In this document: piece after piece, positions 22,301-33,100 of the stretch
Position numbering within the stretch: the first letter of the stretch is position 1
Layout: every line of letters starts with the position of its first letter
Source of the DNA: Auanema rhodensis
Lineage: Eukaryota; Animalia; Nematoda
Assembly: GCA_964057225.1 (NCBI GenBank)
Contig: OZ059897.1
Span: forward strand, 10,292,001 to 10,356,000
DNA length: 64,000 nucleotides
Direction: 5' to 3'
The notes under the pieces: generated by a model
Databases searched by the model: none
Told to the model about the DNA's origin: nothing
Seen by the model: only the letters and a program-made list of their open reading frames with translations
Made by a program: the position numbers and the translations under genes

Positions 22301-23602
22301 ACTAGAATAACTAACCTAACCATTCACTCCTCTCATAGATGCGCCGGTACAACTCATTGCCCCTGGGGCACCGGATGCGATGATATTCGACAGGATACAT
22401 TTGTATCCGAACTATATTCTGCATACGAAAATCCTGGAAGAACCTACTGCACCAGAGCCGGAGGAGGACTATTCAACAGCTGTGGACTTCCTATAGAAGG
22501 ATGCATTTTATTTAGACCAACTTATCAACCAGAGAACAAAGAAGTATACGAAGAGATCAAATGCATACAATGGAAGCAAGAAGTGCAAGCAAAATTGACG
22601 ATCATATACCTCAACAACACTCAAAAATACGACATTTTGCTACAGCCCTACCGAAAATACGAGTTTCACGGAATATCATTACAGATTTCGTCAGTCACAG
22701 CAAAAGCAACAACGGAACTGTACAACAAAATTTTTTTAACATCTGAGACAAACAACTACATGATAACGGAGCAAATAAAACCAGCTGTTATATGCAGCAA
22801 TGCAAGAATGGCGGCAGATAAGTTTAATGCATGCCACATAAGAAAGCCTTGCCCATGTTTGGGGGCCGCAGCACAGCTCTCTTGCAATTGCGATTCAGCG
22901 ACGCAAAGAGAACTGAAAAAATATGAGCTTCCAAAAATTAATACGAATTATAGGATAACAAAAGAAGCAGGAACTATAACAGTTCTATCAAAAATGGAAG
23001 AATCAACGCTCACAATGCAAAACCCGCAATTTAGCATCGAAAGTCTATACACTAATAGACATCCTTGTTTTTCAGATTTTCAAATGATAACAGGATGTTA
23101 TAAATGCAGAGAAGGAACAACGCTAAACATGACATGTGAAACAAAGGACGAGTTAAATGCAATACTGAACTGCGATTCCTTTTCAACTATAATTCGATGC
23201 TCCGACAAAAATCCCGCCACAACGATAAAACTATACTTCAATGAACCCAAAGTACAAGAAAATTGTACTCTAACATGCGGAAGAGCAACAAAGCAATTTA
23301 TCCAGCTAAGTACCAGATTACACTACATAAGTGACACTACAATTTCAGAAGAACTGATCAAACTACATAATGGAACATCTGGACTCTCTTGGAATCTCCC
23401 CAACTTGGAACCTCTAATAGAAGTGATCCAGAATAATTGGAAATGGATCGTACCCGTCGTAGCTGCAGTCACAGCATGTTCATATATCTTATACACAGCC
23501 CTCTCCTTTCTCGCTCCTTTCCTTCTACCAGCTATCCTCTCTTATTGCTGTTTGAAAAATTCAAATCGCAACCCTCGCCCGGCAATGTCGGCAAATGCCT
23601 GA
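16385..23602 (+). CDS. BEL/Pao Gag-PR-RT-RNaseH-IN-Env polyprotein (2405 aa)
   Basis: Gag IPTFNGD..F..FW..F and three Cys/His knuckles (CVFC..H..C, CWIC..H..C, CRNC..H..LC); protease FLDPGA; RT RIVFNAS, RLAFG, YVDN; RNase H FVDAS, TIPRLEL, NPADIGTRG; IN GLDCIGP, RSDNG, GGVWERLV; C-terminal Gn/Gc-like Cys-rich ectodomains with TM segments. Stop codon lies inside the 3' LTR. Confidence 0.96.
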   Translation: MDRTEEVFNEKLHNFADKFEQLAKLLIKTKTENQENISLLRLHTSLTQLRSEESSLATLASLLPEPTFSELNRRINEVTTLHADTVTRANILILELETKTAKKQPLPDSEDDQESDRNKRPTRTSFGLSVKTPQLSIPTFNGDSLTFPLFWNQFKTLIHNEPSLNIQQKNIFLAEALQGPARVHLENKPLNGEFYHQIIETLQNTYQPILAVDFRIYRNIRRLPVAKSDPTSLRSRVNEIRALLDQLDRARSQYIYNTEDPAWVTEISEKFPEEIIDMRCWRSPGENTISQILKDIEGIAYSKETSAYLRRERSEPQYRDQTQPFFSKPIKSSEKSERPCVFCDKQGHRPTKCPTITTPQERREIIKRKNRCWICFSPTHSSSKCKFESCRNCKKEHNYTLCLPKPTIKITKPSMNCTTISKSFHPSPAYLMTSQISLLNPLTNTYHTKTIFLDPGATQSFIHQKTAETCNLNTLATQNITATGFSGNKETFETKTVEAILQTPYGKIIKLILLTSPKPLTGNLKCCSLQVRDREFLEKTKISVTNQFINGETFSPDILLGMDWYDSVITEEPSISLPSGLKIKHTHFGPCIYGKTNNTHESIAVHSLIINPQIPEEVMIKQLFEIDSLGIAPHEGALNKSELFYNEYSTLLTFDNGYITAPLPLKKNAINIQSNRNLALATLNRLQISLQKDPNQQKYYQETFSQYLKENVIELVPADVEATRTYYMPHRGVWKPQKTKPLRIVFNASAKQKGQLSLNDITSTGESFTNKILDILIGIRTKSYFLMCDIEGAFTQIRIANDCKDLCRFLWLKDVNKPPTPNNIIEFRFNRLAFGITASPAVLNMSLHAYLNSHTSPFVEKTLRYLYVDNIFYTTNDQKELTDLYKDSKKIFSQISMNVREYFSNSSHFNNEIPAIDHHPDKNPKILGVLYNASKDSFVLTGQMRMQQSFTKRDMLSSLHSIYDPIGLAAPLLLPYKIILRQVMNSNVDWKEQVPEDLVADWNKASTKIGPFNIEVPRELSSKRDKKELWVFVDASTKAIAACAYLTTSTERAPIIMGKVKLAPKNRTLTIPRLELSAIFMGMKIAETIYNNLNEPNLAINIASDSQIALSWLITKKSVPVFISNMRQNIEEIGRRLEAQKASLHFHYVDTDHNPADIGTRGTTDQNLLKERWLFSPPWLSQMDNRPIKELTAPIDEDEPPMLILPVSSDIQSYESIIQPGRFNSYSKLQRTTGLVFKAALVLLQKINKTPTSTMLQRAQKEKQQSQTADLFLIQEAQKKLKQSEIKQFRTTKDNNGLRIIQTRLLNAKLPASTKYPFLLPKKSDLGKLILLSIHKENAHLGTTHLISLFLQKFFMAGTRQVCKSIIKKCVPCQKILSRPFTTDFLAPLPEDRITKAMPFKHTGLDCIGPIKYRKSEQIYIVIFTCLTVRAVHLEPINDMTSNTFLNAFIRFVARRGLPDVIRSDNGSNFVHSAKILNMLETYDSEHRTSFTKFLQKHHITWIFNTPSAPWTGGVWERLVAIVKTSLYKSLQLKLVNKDQLTTAIIKIEGIINSRPITYTNSDNVDDRPLTPADFLNNGSPVLVPGGNVEQLGQALDEPNPIQTNKEAFENLQKVEIIAESFWDRWSKEYLLCLRNAHASTKQTHRSSNHPTLNEVVLVEEDNLNRCNWQMARITALLPSSDNIFRSARIKLGNGKELTKPVEKLYPLELKDNFDKGRESQEITVNHLSHTPTNPNRLRNIFRFLMLIQIFSVAMTQPIIRCSTSQVVFPAQPNHSTICIDSSCHNLSAHQSEIIPLPISVLPKTASVSRFNLESTQNQTCKLPHPCDFPPPFILHIIGNPHCNPILAILIVLTPLIGCALLFISCGLIYRRLKTYRRQNEPTISYIPSLLFTLFFLICHAQACGSPNAHKNIEIFCDDIQNCTKITNEEISFNPLQNSLCSYIKYQNSTIGKLEIQLIQHKFSCQKVSQGFTRITNLTIHSSHRCAGTTHCPWGTGCDDIRQDTFVSELYSAYENPGRTYCTRAGGGLFNSCGLPIEGCILFRPTYQPENKEVYEEIKCIQWKQEVQAKLTIIYLNNTQKYDILLQPYRKYEFHGISLQISSVTAKATTELYNKIFLTSETNNYMITEQIKPAVICSNARMAADKFNACHIRKPCPCLGAAAQLSCNCDSATQRELKKYELPKINTNYRITKEAGTITVLSKMEESTLTMQNPQFSIESLYTNRHPCFSDFQMITGCYKCREGTTLNMTCETKDELNAILNCDSFSTIIRCSDKNPATTIKLYFNEPKVQENCTLTCGRATKQFIQLSTRLHYISDTTISEELIKLHNGTSGLSWNLPNLEPLIEVIQNNWKWIVPVVAAVTACSYILYTALSFLAPFLLPAILSYCCLKNSNRNPRPAMSANA
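22094..23602 (+). other. Phlebovirus Gc-like (class II fusogen) domain of BEL env
   Basis: After hydrophobic signal LLFTLFFLICHAQA: HRCAG..C..C, NPGRTYC..GG...CG....GCILFR fusion-loop region, C..W, CPC..CNC, GCYKC..G, C..TCG, TM. Same pattern as nematode Cer7/Cer13/Atlas-type env. Confidence 0.85.
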
Positions 23603-24027
23603 CTATTAACAAAATATAATGATTTACAATATAAACATAACTCTTCTGAAATACTAAACCATTATCTATTAACCGAATAATTGTATCATTAACCTATTGC
23701 GCAACATTCTCAAAGGATGTTGAACTTTTATCACCTCTATAGTTTACATTAACGTGACCTTTCTATTCAAATATCAAATATCACCCTTAAGCTAAATCAT
23801 ATATAAACCCAAGAAAACCTTCACTTTCGAATCTAACTTTTCTACCACTGTACCATCTTTATTTAATAAACCTTTTAAACCCAAATCTGCGAAGTTCAAC
23901 CCTGATAATATTCTCTTCGAGTATCAGCCTTCGTTAATACTCCTAAACGGTATTAACTCCTGTATCACGTCGAACGAGTAATACTACAGCTATTCCCCTG
24001 GAATAACTCTTGGATACATAGTCCAAA
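23586..24027 (+). repeat. 3' LTR of BEL element
   Basis: Identical by eye to 15680-16121. Confidence 0.95.
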
Positions 24028-24029
24028 CG

Positions 24030-24101
24030 GCCCAAGTAGTATAGTGGTTAGTACTCCACGTTGTGGCCGTGGCGACATAGGTTCGATTCCTGTCTTGGGC
24101 A
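24030..24101 (+). tRNA. trnH-GUG: tRNA-His(GUG) copy left intact by the BEL target-site duplication
   Basis: Full 72-nt gene plus G-1 directly after the 3' LTR; C50T variant. Confidence 0.93.
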
Positions 24102-27100
24102 TCTTTTGTTTTGAAATTAAAATGCTATAAAATTATTGCTTGCTTGTCATGTTAGATTTGTTTAATTCAAATACTTATTTAAGTTCTAACAATTTTTGAT
24201 TAAATCACGTTCATTAAACTGTATTGTTTTCAAAAATAAAGACATCTTTCAATTTCTGGTCATTGAATTAGAATTTTCATGTTGTCACACAGAAATTGAA
24301 GAATCTTAGTTCATTTCAGTAACAATGAACACACTAACTTTGTTAAGTTGTTGTAATATCGGCCCAAGTAGTATAGTGGTTAGTACTCCACGTTGTGGCC
24401 GTGGCGACACAGGTTCGATTCCTGTCTTGGGCATTTTTTGTTTTGAAATTAAAATGCTATAAAATTATTGCTTGCTTGTCATGTTAGATTTGTTTAATTC
24501 AAATACTTATTTAAGTTCTAACAATTTTTGATTAAATCACGTTCATTAAACTGTATTGTTTTCAAAAATAAAGACATCTTTCAATTTCTGGTCATTGAAT
24601 TAGAATTTTCATGTTGTCACACAGAAATTGAAGAATCTTAGTTCATTTCAGTAACAATGAACACACTAACTTTGTTAAGTTGTTGTAATATCGGCCCAAG
24701 TAGTATAGTGGTTAGTACTCCACGTTGTGGCCGTGGCGACACAGGTTCGATTCTTGTCTTGGGCATTTTTTGTTTTGAAATTAAAATGCTATAAACATAT
24801 TGCTTGCTTGTCATGTTAGATTTGTTTAATTTAAATACTTATTTAAGTTCTAACAATTTTTGATTTAATCACGTTCAATTAACTGTATTGTTTTCAAAAA
24901 TAAAGACATCTTTCAATTTCTGTTCATTGAATTAGTATTTTCATGTTGTCACACAGAAATTGAAGAATCTTAGTTCATTTCAGTAACAATGAACACACTA
25001 ACTTTGTTAAGTTGTTGTAATATCGGCCCAAGTAGTATAGTGGTTAGTACTCCACGTTGTGGCCGTGGCGACACAGGTTCGATTCCTGTCTTGGGCATTT
25101 TTTGTTTTGAAATTTAAATGCTATAAAATTTTTGCTTGCTTGTCATGTTAGATTTGTTTAATTTAAATACTTATTTAAGTTCCAACAATTTTCGATTAAA
25201 TCACATTCAATTAACTGTATTGTTTTCAAAAATAAAGACATCTTTCAATTTCTGGTCATTGAATTAGAATTTTCATGTTGTCACACAGGAAATGAAGAAT
25301 CTTAGTTCATTTCAGTAACAATGAACACACTAACTTTGTTAAGTTGTTGTAATATCGGCCCAAGTAGTATAGTGGTTAGTACTCCACGTTGTGGCCGTGG
25401 CGACATAGGTTCGATTCCTGTCTTGGGCATCTTTTGTTTTGAAATTAAAATGCTATAAAATTATTGCTTGCTTGTCATGTTAGATTTGTTTAATTCAAAT
25501 ACTTATTTAAGTTCTAACAATTTTTGATTAAATCACGTTCATTAAACTGTATTGTTTTCAAAAATAAAGACATCTTTCAATTTCTGGTCATTGAATTAGA
25601 ATTTTCATGTTGTCACACAGAAATTGAAGAATCTTAGTTCATTTCAGTAACAATGAACACACTAACTTTGTTAAGTTGTTGTAATATCGGCCCAAGTAGT
25701 ATAGTGGTTAGTACTCCACGTTGTGGCCGTGGCGACACAGGTTCGATTCTTGTCTTGGGCATTTTTTGTTTTGAAATTAAAATGCTATAAACATATTGCT
25801 TGCTTGTCATGTTAGATTTGTTTAATTCAAATACTTATTTAAGTTCTAACAATTTTTGATTAAATCACGTTCATTAAACTGTATTGTTTTCAAAAATAAA
25901 GACATCTTTCAATTTCTGGTCATTGAATTAGAATTTTCATGTTGTCACACAGAAATTGAAGAATCTTAGTTCATTTCAGTAACAATGAACACACTAACTT
26001 TGTTAAGTTGTTGTAATATCGGCCCAAGTAGTATAGTGGTTAGTACTCCACGTTGTGGCCGTGGCGACACAGGTTCGATTCTTGTCTTGGGCATTTTTTG
26101 TTTTGAAATTAAAATGCTATAAACATATTGCTTGCTTGTCATGTTAGATTTGTTTAATTCAAATACTTATTTAAGTTCTAACAATTTTTGATTAAATCAC
26201 GTTCATTAAACTGTATTGTTTTCAAAAATAAAGACATCTTTCAATTTCTGGTCATTGAATTAGAATTTTCATGTTGTCACACAGAAATTGAAGAATCTTA
26301 GTTCATTTCAGTAACAATGAACACAAATAATACCGGCCCAAGTAGTATAGTGGTTAGTACTCCACGTTGTGGCCGTGGCGACACAGGTTCGATTCTTGTC
26401 TTGGGCATTTTTTGTTTTGAAATTAAAATGCTATAAAATTATTGCTTGCTTGTCATGTTAGATTTGTTTAATTCAAATACTTATTTAAGTTCTAACAATT
26501 TTTGATTAAATCACGTTCATTAAACTGTATTGTTTTCAAAAATAAAGACATCTTTCAATTTCTGGTCATTGAATTAGAATTTTCATGTTGTCACACAGGA
26601 AATGAAGAATCTTAGTTCATTTCAGTAACAATGAACACAATAATTTTGTTTAGTTTGTAATACCGGCCCAAGTAGTATAGTGGTTAGTACTCCACGTTGT
26701 GGCCGTGGCGACACAGGTTCGATTCCTGTCTTGGGCATTTTTTGTTTTGAAATTAAAATGCTATAAAATTATTGCTTGCTTGTCATGTTAGATTTGTTTA
26801 ATTCAAATACTTATTTAAGTTCTAACAATTTTTGATTTAATCACGTTCAATTAACTGTATTGTTTTCAAAAATAAAGACATCTTTCAATTTCTGGTCATT
26901 GAATTAGAATTTTCATGTTGTCACACAGGAAATGAAGAATCTTAGTTCATTTCAGTAACAATGAACACACTAACTTTGTTAAGTTGTTGTAATATCGGCC
27001 CAAGTAGTATAGTGGTTAGTACTCCACGTTGTGGCCGTGGCGACACAGGTTCGATTCTTGTCTTGGGCATATTCTGTTTTGAAATTAAAATGCTATAAAC

Positions 27101-30100
27101 ATATTGCTTGCTTGTCATGTTAGATTTGTTTAATTTAAATACTTATTTAAGTTCTAACAATTTTTGATTTAATCACGTTCAATTAACTGTATTGTTTTCA
27201 AAAATAAAGACATCTTTCAATTTCTGGTCATTGAATTAGAATTTTCATGTTGTCACACAGGAAATGAAGAATCTTAGTTCATTTCAGTAACAATGAACAC
27301 ACTAACTTTGTTAAGTTGTTGTAATATCGGCCCAAGTAGTATAGTGGTTAGTACTCCACGTTGTGGCCGTGGCGACACAGGTTCGATTCTTGTCTTGGGC
27401 ATATTCTGTTTTGAAATTAAAATGCTATAAACATATTGCTTGCTTGTCATGTTAGATTTGTTTAATTTAAATACTTATTTAAGTTCTAACAATTTTTGAT
27501 TAAATCACGTTCATTAAACTGTATTGTTTTCAAAAATAAAGACATCTTTCAATTTCTGGTCATTGAATTAGAATTTTCATGTTGTCACACAGAAATTGAA
27601 GAATCTTAGTTCATTTCAGTAACAATGAACACACTAACTTTGTTAAGTTGTTGTAATATCGGCCCAAGTAGTATAGTGGTTAGTACTCCACGTTGTGGCC
27701 GTGGCGACACAGGTTCGATTCTTGTCTTGGGCATTTTTTGTTTTGAAATTAAAATGCTATAAACATATTGCTTGCTTGTCATGTTAGATTTGTTTAATTT
27801 AAATACTTATTTAAGTTCTAACAATTTTTGATTTAATCACGTTCAATTAACTGTATTGTTTTCAAAAATAAAGACATCTTTCAATTTCTGTTCATTGAAT
27901 TAGTATTTTCATGTTGTCACACAGAAATTGAAGAATCTTAGTTCATTTCAGTAACAATGAACACACTAACTTTGTTAAGTTGTTGTAATATCGGCCCAAG
28001 TAGTATAGTGGTTAGTACTCCACGTTGTGGCCGTGGCGACACAGGTTCGATTCCTGTCTTGGGCATTTTTTGTTTTGAAATTTAAATGCTATAAAATTTT
28101 TGCTTGCTTGTCATGTTAGATTTGTTTAATTTAAATACTTATTTAAGTTCCAACAATTTTCGATTAAATCACATTCAATTAACTGTATTGTTTTCAAAAA
28201 TAAAGACATCTTTCAATTTCTGGTCATTGAATTAGAATTTTCATGTTGTCACACAGAAATTGAAGAATCTTAGTTCATTTCAGTAACAATGAACACACTA
28301 ACTTTGTTAAGTTGTTGTAATATCGGCCCAAGTAGTATAGTGGTTAGTACTCCACGTTGTGGCCGTGGCGACACAGGTTCGATTCTTGTCTTGGGCATTT
28401 TTTGTTTTGAAATTAAAATGCTATAAACATATTGCTTGCTTGTCATGTTAGATTTGTTTAATTTAAATACTTATTTAAGTTCTAACAATTTTTGATTAAA
28501 TCACGTTCATTAAACTGTATTGTTTTCAAAAATAAAGACATCTTTCAATTTCTGGTCATTGAATTAGAATTTTCATGTTGTCACACAGAAATTGAAGAAT
28601 CTTAGTTCATTTCAGTAACAATGAACACACTAACTTTGTTAAGTTGTTGTAATATCGGCCCAAGTAGTATAGTGGTTAGTACTCCACGTTGTGGCCGTGG
28701 CGACACAGGTTCGATTCTTGTCTTGGGCATTTTTTGTTTTGAAATTAAAATGCTATAAACATATTGCTTGCTTGTCATGTTAGATTTGTTTAATTCAAAT
28801 ACTTATTTAAGTTCTAACAATTTTTGATTAAATCACGTTCATTAAACTGTATTGTTTTCAAAAATAAAGACATCTTTCAATTTCTGGTCATTGAATTAGA
28901 ATTTTCATGTTGTCACACAGAAATTGAAGAATCTTAGTTCATTTCAGTAACAATGAACACACTAACTTTGTTAAGTTGTTGTAATATCGGCCCAAGTAGT
29001 ATAGTGGTTAGTACTCCACGTTGTGGCCGTGGCGACACAGGTTCGATTCTTGTCTTGGGCATTTTTTGTTTTGAAATTAAAATGCTATAAACATATTGCT
29101 TGCTTGTCATGTTAGATTTGTTTAATTCAAATACTTATTTAAGTTCTAACAATTTTTGATTAAATCACGTTCATTAAACTGTATTGTTTTCAAAAATAAA
29201 GACATCTTTCAATTTCTGGTCATTGAATTAGAATTTTCATGTTGTCACACAGAAATTGAAGAATCTTAGTTCATTTCAGTAACAATGAACACAAATAATA
29301 CCGGCCCAAGTAGTATAGTGGTTAGTACTCCACGTTGTGGCCGTGGCGACACAGGTTCGATTCTTGTCTTGGGCATTTTTTGTTTTGAAATTAAAATGCT
29401 ATAAAATTATTGCTTGCTTGTCATGTTAGATTTGTTTAATTCAAATACTTATTTAAGTTCTAACAATTTTTGATTAAATCACGTTCATTAAACTGTATTG
29501 TTTTCAAAAATAAAGACATCTTTCAATTTCTGGTCATTGAATTAGAATTTTCATGTTGTCACACAGGAAATGAAGAATCTTAGTTCATTTCAGTAACAAT
29601 GAACACAATAATTTTGTTTAGTTTGTAATACCGGCCCAAGTAGTATAGTGGTTAGTACTCCACGTTGTGGCCGTGGCGACACAGGTTCGATTCCTGTCTT
29701 GGGCATTTTTTGTTTTGAAATTAAAATGCTATAAAATTATTGCTTGCTTGTCATGTTAGATTTGTTTAATTCAAATACTTATTTAAGTTCTAACAATTTT
29801 TGATTTAATCACGTTCAATTAACTGTATTGTTTTCAAAAATAAAGACATCTTTCAATTTCTGGTCATTGAATTAGAATTTTCATGTTGTCACACAGGAAA
29901 TGAAGAATCTTAGTTCATTTCAGTAACAATGAACACACTAACTTTGTTAAGTTGTTGTAATATCGGCCCAAGTAGTATAGTGGTTAGTACTCCACGTTGT
30001 GGCCGTGGCGACACAGGTTCGATTCTTGTCTTGGGCATATTCTGTTTTGAAATTAAAATGCTATAAACATATTGCTTGCTTGTCATGTTAGATTTGTTTA

Positions 30101-33100
30101 ATTTAAATACTTATTTAAGTTCTAACAATTTTTGATTTAATCACGTTCAATTAACTGTATTGTTTTCAAAAATAAAGACATCTTTCAATTTCTGGTCATT
30201 GAATTAGAATTTTCATGTTGTCACACAGGAAATGAAGAATCTTAGTTCATTTCAGTAACAATGAACACAATAATTTGGTTTAGTTTGTAATACCGGCCCA
30301 AGTAGTATAGTGGTTAGTACTCCACGTTGTGGCCGTGGCGACACAGGTTCGATTCCTGTCTTGGGCATTTTTTGTTTTGAAATTTAAATGCTATAAAATT
30401 ATTGCTTGCTTGTCATGTTAGATTTGTTTAATTTAAATACTTATTTAAGTTCTAACAATTTTTGATTTAATCACGTTCAATTAACTGTATTGTTTTCAAA
30501 AATAAAGACATCTTTCAATTTCTGGTCATTGAATTAGAATTTTCATGTTGTCACACAGGAAATGAAGAATCTTAGTTCATTTCAGTAACAATGAACACAA
30601 TAATTTTGTTTAGTTTGTAATACCGGCCCAAGTAGTATAGTGGTTAGTACTCCACGTTGTGGCCGTGGCGACACAGGTTCGATTCCTGTCTTGGGCATTT
30701 TTTGTTTTGAAATTTAAATGCTATAAAATTATTGCTTGCTTGTCATGTTAGATTTGTTTAATTTAAATACTTATTTAAGTTCCAACAATTTTCGATTAAA
30801 TCACATTCAATTAACTGTATTGTTTTCAAAAATAAAGACATCTTTCAATTTCTGGTCATTGAATTAGAATTTTCATGTTGTCACACAGGAAATGAAGAAT
30901 CTTAGTTCATTTCAGTAACAATGAACACAATAATTTGGTTTAGTTTGTAATACCGGCCCAAGTAGTATAGTGGTTAGTACTCCACGTTGTGGCCGTGGCG
31001 ACACAGGTTCGATTCCTGTCTTGGGCATTTTTTGTTTTGAAATTAAAATGCTATAAAATTATTGCTTGCTTGTCATGTTAGATTTGTTCAATTCAAATAC
31101 TTATTTAAGTTCTAACAATTTTTGATTAAATCACGTTCATTAAACTGTATTGTTTTCAAAAATAAAGACATCTTTCAATTTCTGGTCATTGAATTAGAAT
31201 TTTCATGTTGTCACACAGAAATTGAAGAATCTTAGTTCATTTCAGTAACAATGAACACACTAACTTTGTTAAGTTGTTGTAATATCGGCCCAAGTAGTAT
31301 AGTGGTTAGTACTCCACGTTGTGGCCGTGGCGACACAGGTTCGATTCTTGTCTTGGGCATTTTTTGTTTTGAAATTAAAATGCTATAAACATATTGCTTG
31401 CTTGTCATGTTAGATTTGTTTAATTCAAATACTTATTTAAGTTCTAACAATTTTTGATTAAATCACGTTCATTAAACTGTATTGTTTTCAAAAATAAAGA
31501 CATCTTTCAATTTCTGGTCATTGAATTAGAATTTTCATGTTGTCACACAGAAATTGAAGAATCTTAGTTCATTTCAGTAACAATGAACACACTAACTTTG
31601 TTAAGTTGTTGTAATATCGGCCCAAGTAGTATAGTGGTTAGTACTCCACGTTGTGGCCGTGGCGACACAGGTTCGATTCTTGTCTTGGGCATTTTTTGTT
31701 TTGAAATTAAAATGCTATGAACATATTGCTTGCTTGTCATGTTAGATTTGTTTAATTTAAATACTTATTTAAGTTCTAACAATTTTTGATTTAATCACGT
31801 TCAATTAACTGTATTGTTTTCAAAAATAAAGACATCTTTCAATTTCTGGTCATTGAATTAGAATTTTCATGTTGTCACACAGGAAATGAAGAATCTTAGT
31901 TCATTTCAGTAACAATGAACACACTAACTTTGTTAAGTTGTTGTAATATCGGCCCAAGTAGTATAGTGGTTAGTACTCCACGTTGTGGCCGTGGCGACAC
32001 AGGTTCGATTCCTGTCTTGGGCATTTTTTGTTTTGAAATTTAAATGCTATAAAATTTTTGCTTGCTTGTCATGTTAGATTTGTTTAATTTAAATACTTAT
32101 TTAAGTTCCAACAATTTTCGATTAAATCACATCTAATTAACTGTATTGTTTTCAAAAATAAAGACAAAATTCAACTTCTGTTCATTGAATTAGTATTTTC
32201 ATGTTGTCACACAGAAATTGAAGAATCTTAGTTCATTTCAGTAACAATGAACACACTAACTTTGTTAAGTTGTTGTAATATCGGCCCAAGTAGTATAGTG
32301 GTTAGTACTCCACGTTGTGGCCGTGGCGACACAGGTTCGATTCCTGTCTTGGGCATTTTTTGTTTTGAAATTAAAATGCTATAAAATTATTGCTTGCTTG
32401 TCATGTTAGATTTGTTTAATTCAAATACTTATTTAAGTTCTAACAATTTTTGATTAAATCACGTTCATTAAACTGTATTGTTTTCAAAAATAAAGACATC
32501 TTTCAATTTCTGGTCATTGAATTAGAATTTTCATGTTGTCACACAGAAATTGAAGAATCTTAGTTCATTTCAGTAACAATGAACACACTAACTTTGTTAA
32601 GTTGTTGTAATATCGGCCCAAGTAGTATAGTGGTTAGTACTCCACGTTGTGGCCGTGGCGACACAGGTTCGATTCTTGTCTTGGGCATTTTTTGTTTTGA
32701 AATTAAAATGCTATAAACATATTGCTTGCTTGTCATGTTAGATTTGTTTAATTCAAATACTTATTTAAGTTCTAACAATTTTTGATTAAATCACGTTCAT
32801 TAAACTGTATTGTTTTCAAAAATAAAGACATCTTTCAATTTCTGGTCATTGAATTAGAATTTTCATGTTGTCACACAGGAAATGAAGAATCTTAGTTCAT
32901 TTCAGTAACAATGAACACAATAATTTGGTTTAGTTTGTAATACCGGCCCAAGTAGTATAGTGGTTAGTACTCCACGTTGTGGCCGTGGCGACACAGGTTC
33001 GATTCTTGTCTTGGGCATTTTTTGTTTTGAAATTAAAATGCTATAAAATTATTGCTTGCTTGTCATGTTAGATTTGTTTAATTCAAATACTTATTTAAGT

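Larger units (their letters stand above)
15680..24027 (+). mobile_element. Complete BEL/Pao (Belpaoviridae) LTR element with phlebovirus-like env; 5-bp TSD CGGCC
   Basis: Two 442-bp LTRs identical by eye; TSD at 15675-15679 and 24028-24032; PBS; single uninterrupted 2405-aa ORF. Confidence 0.97.
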
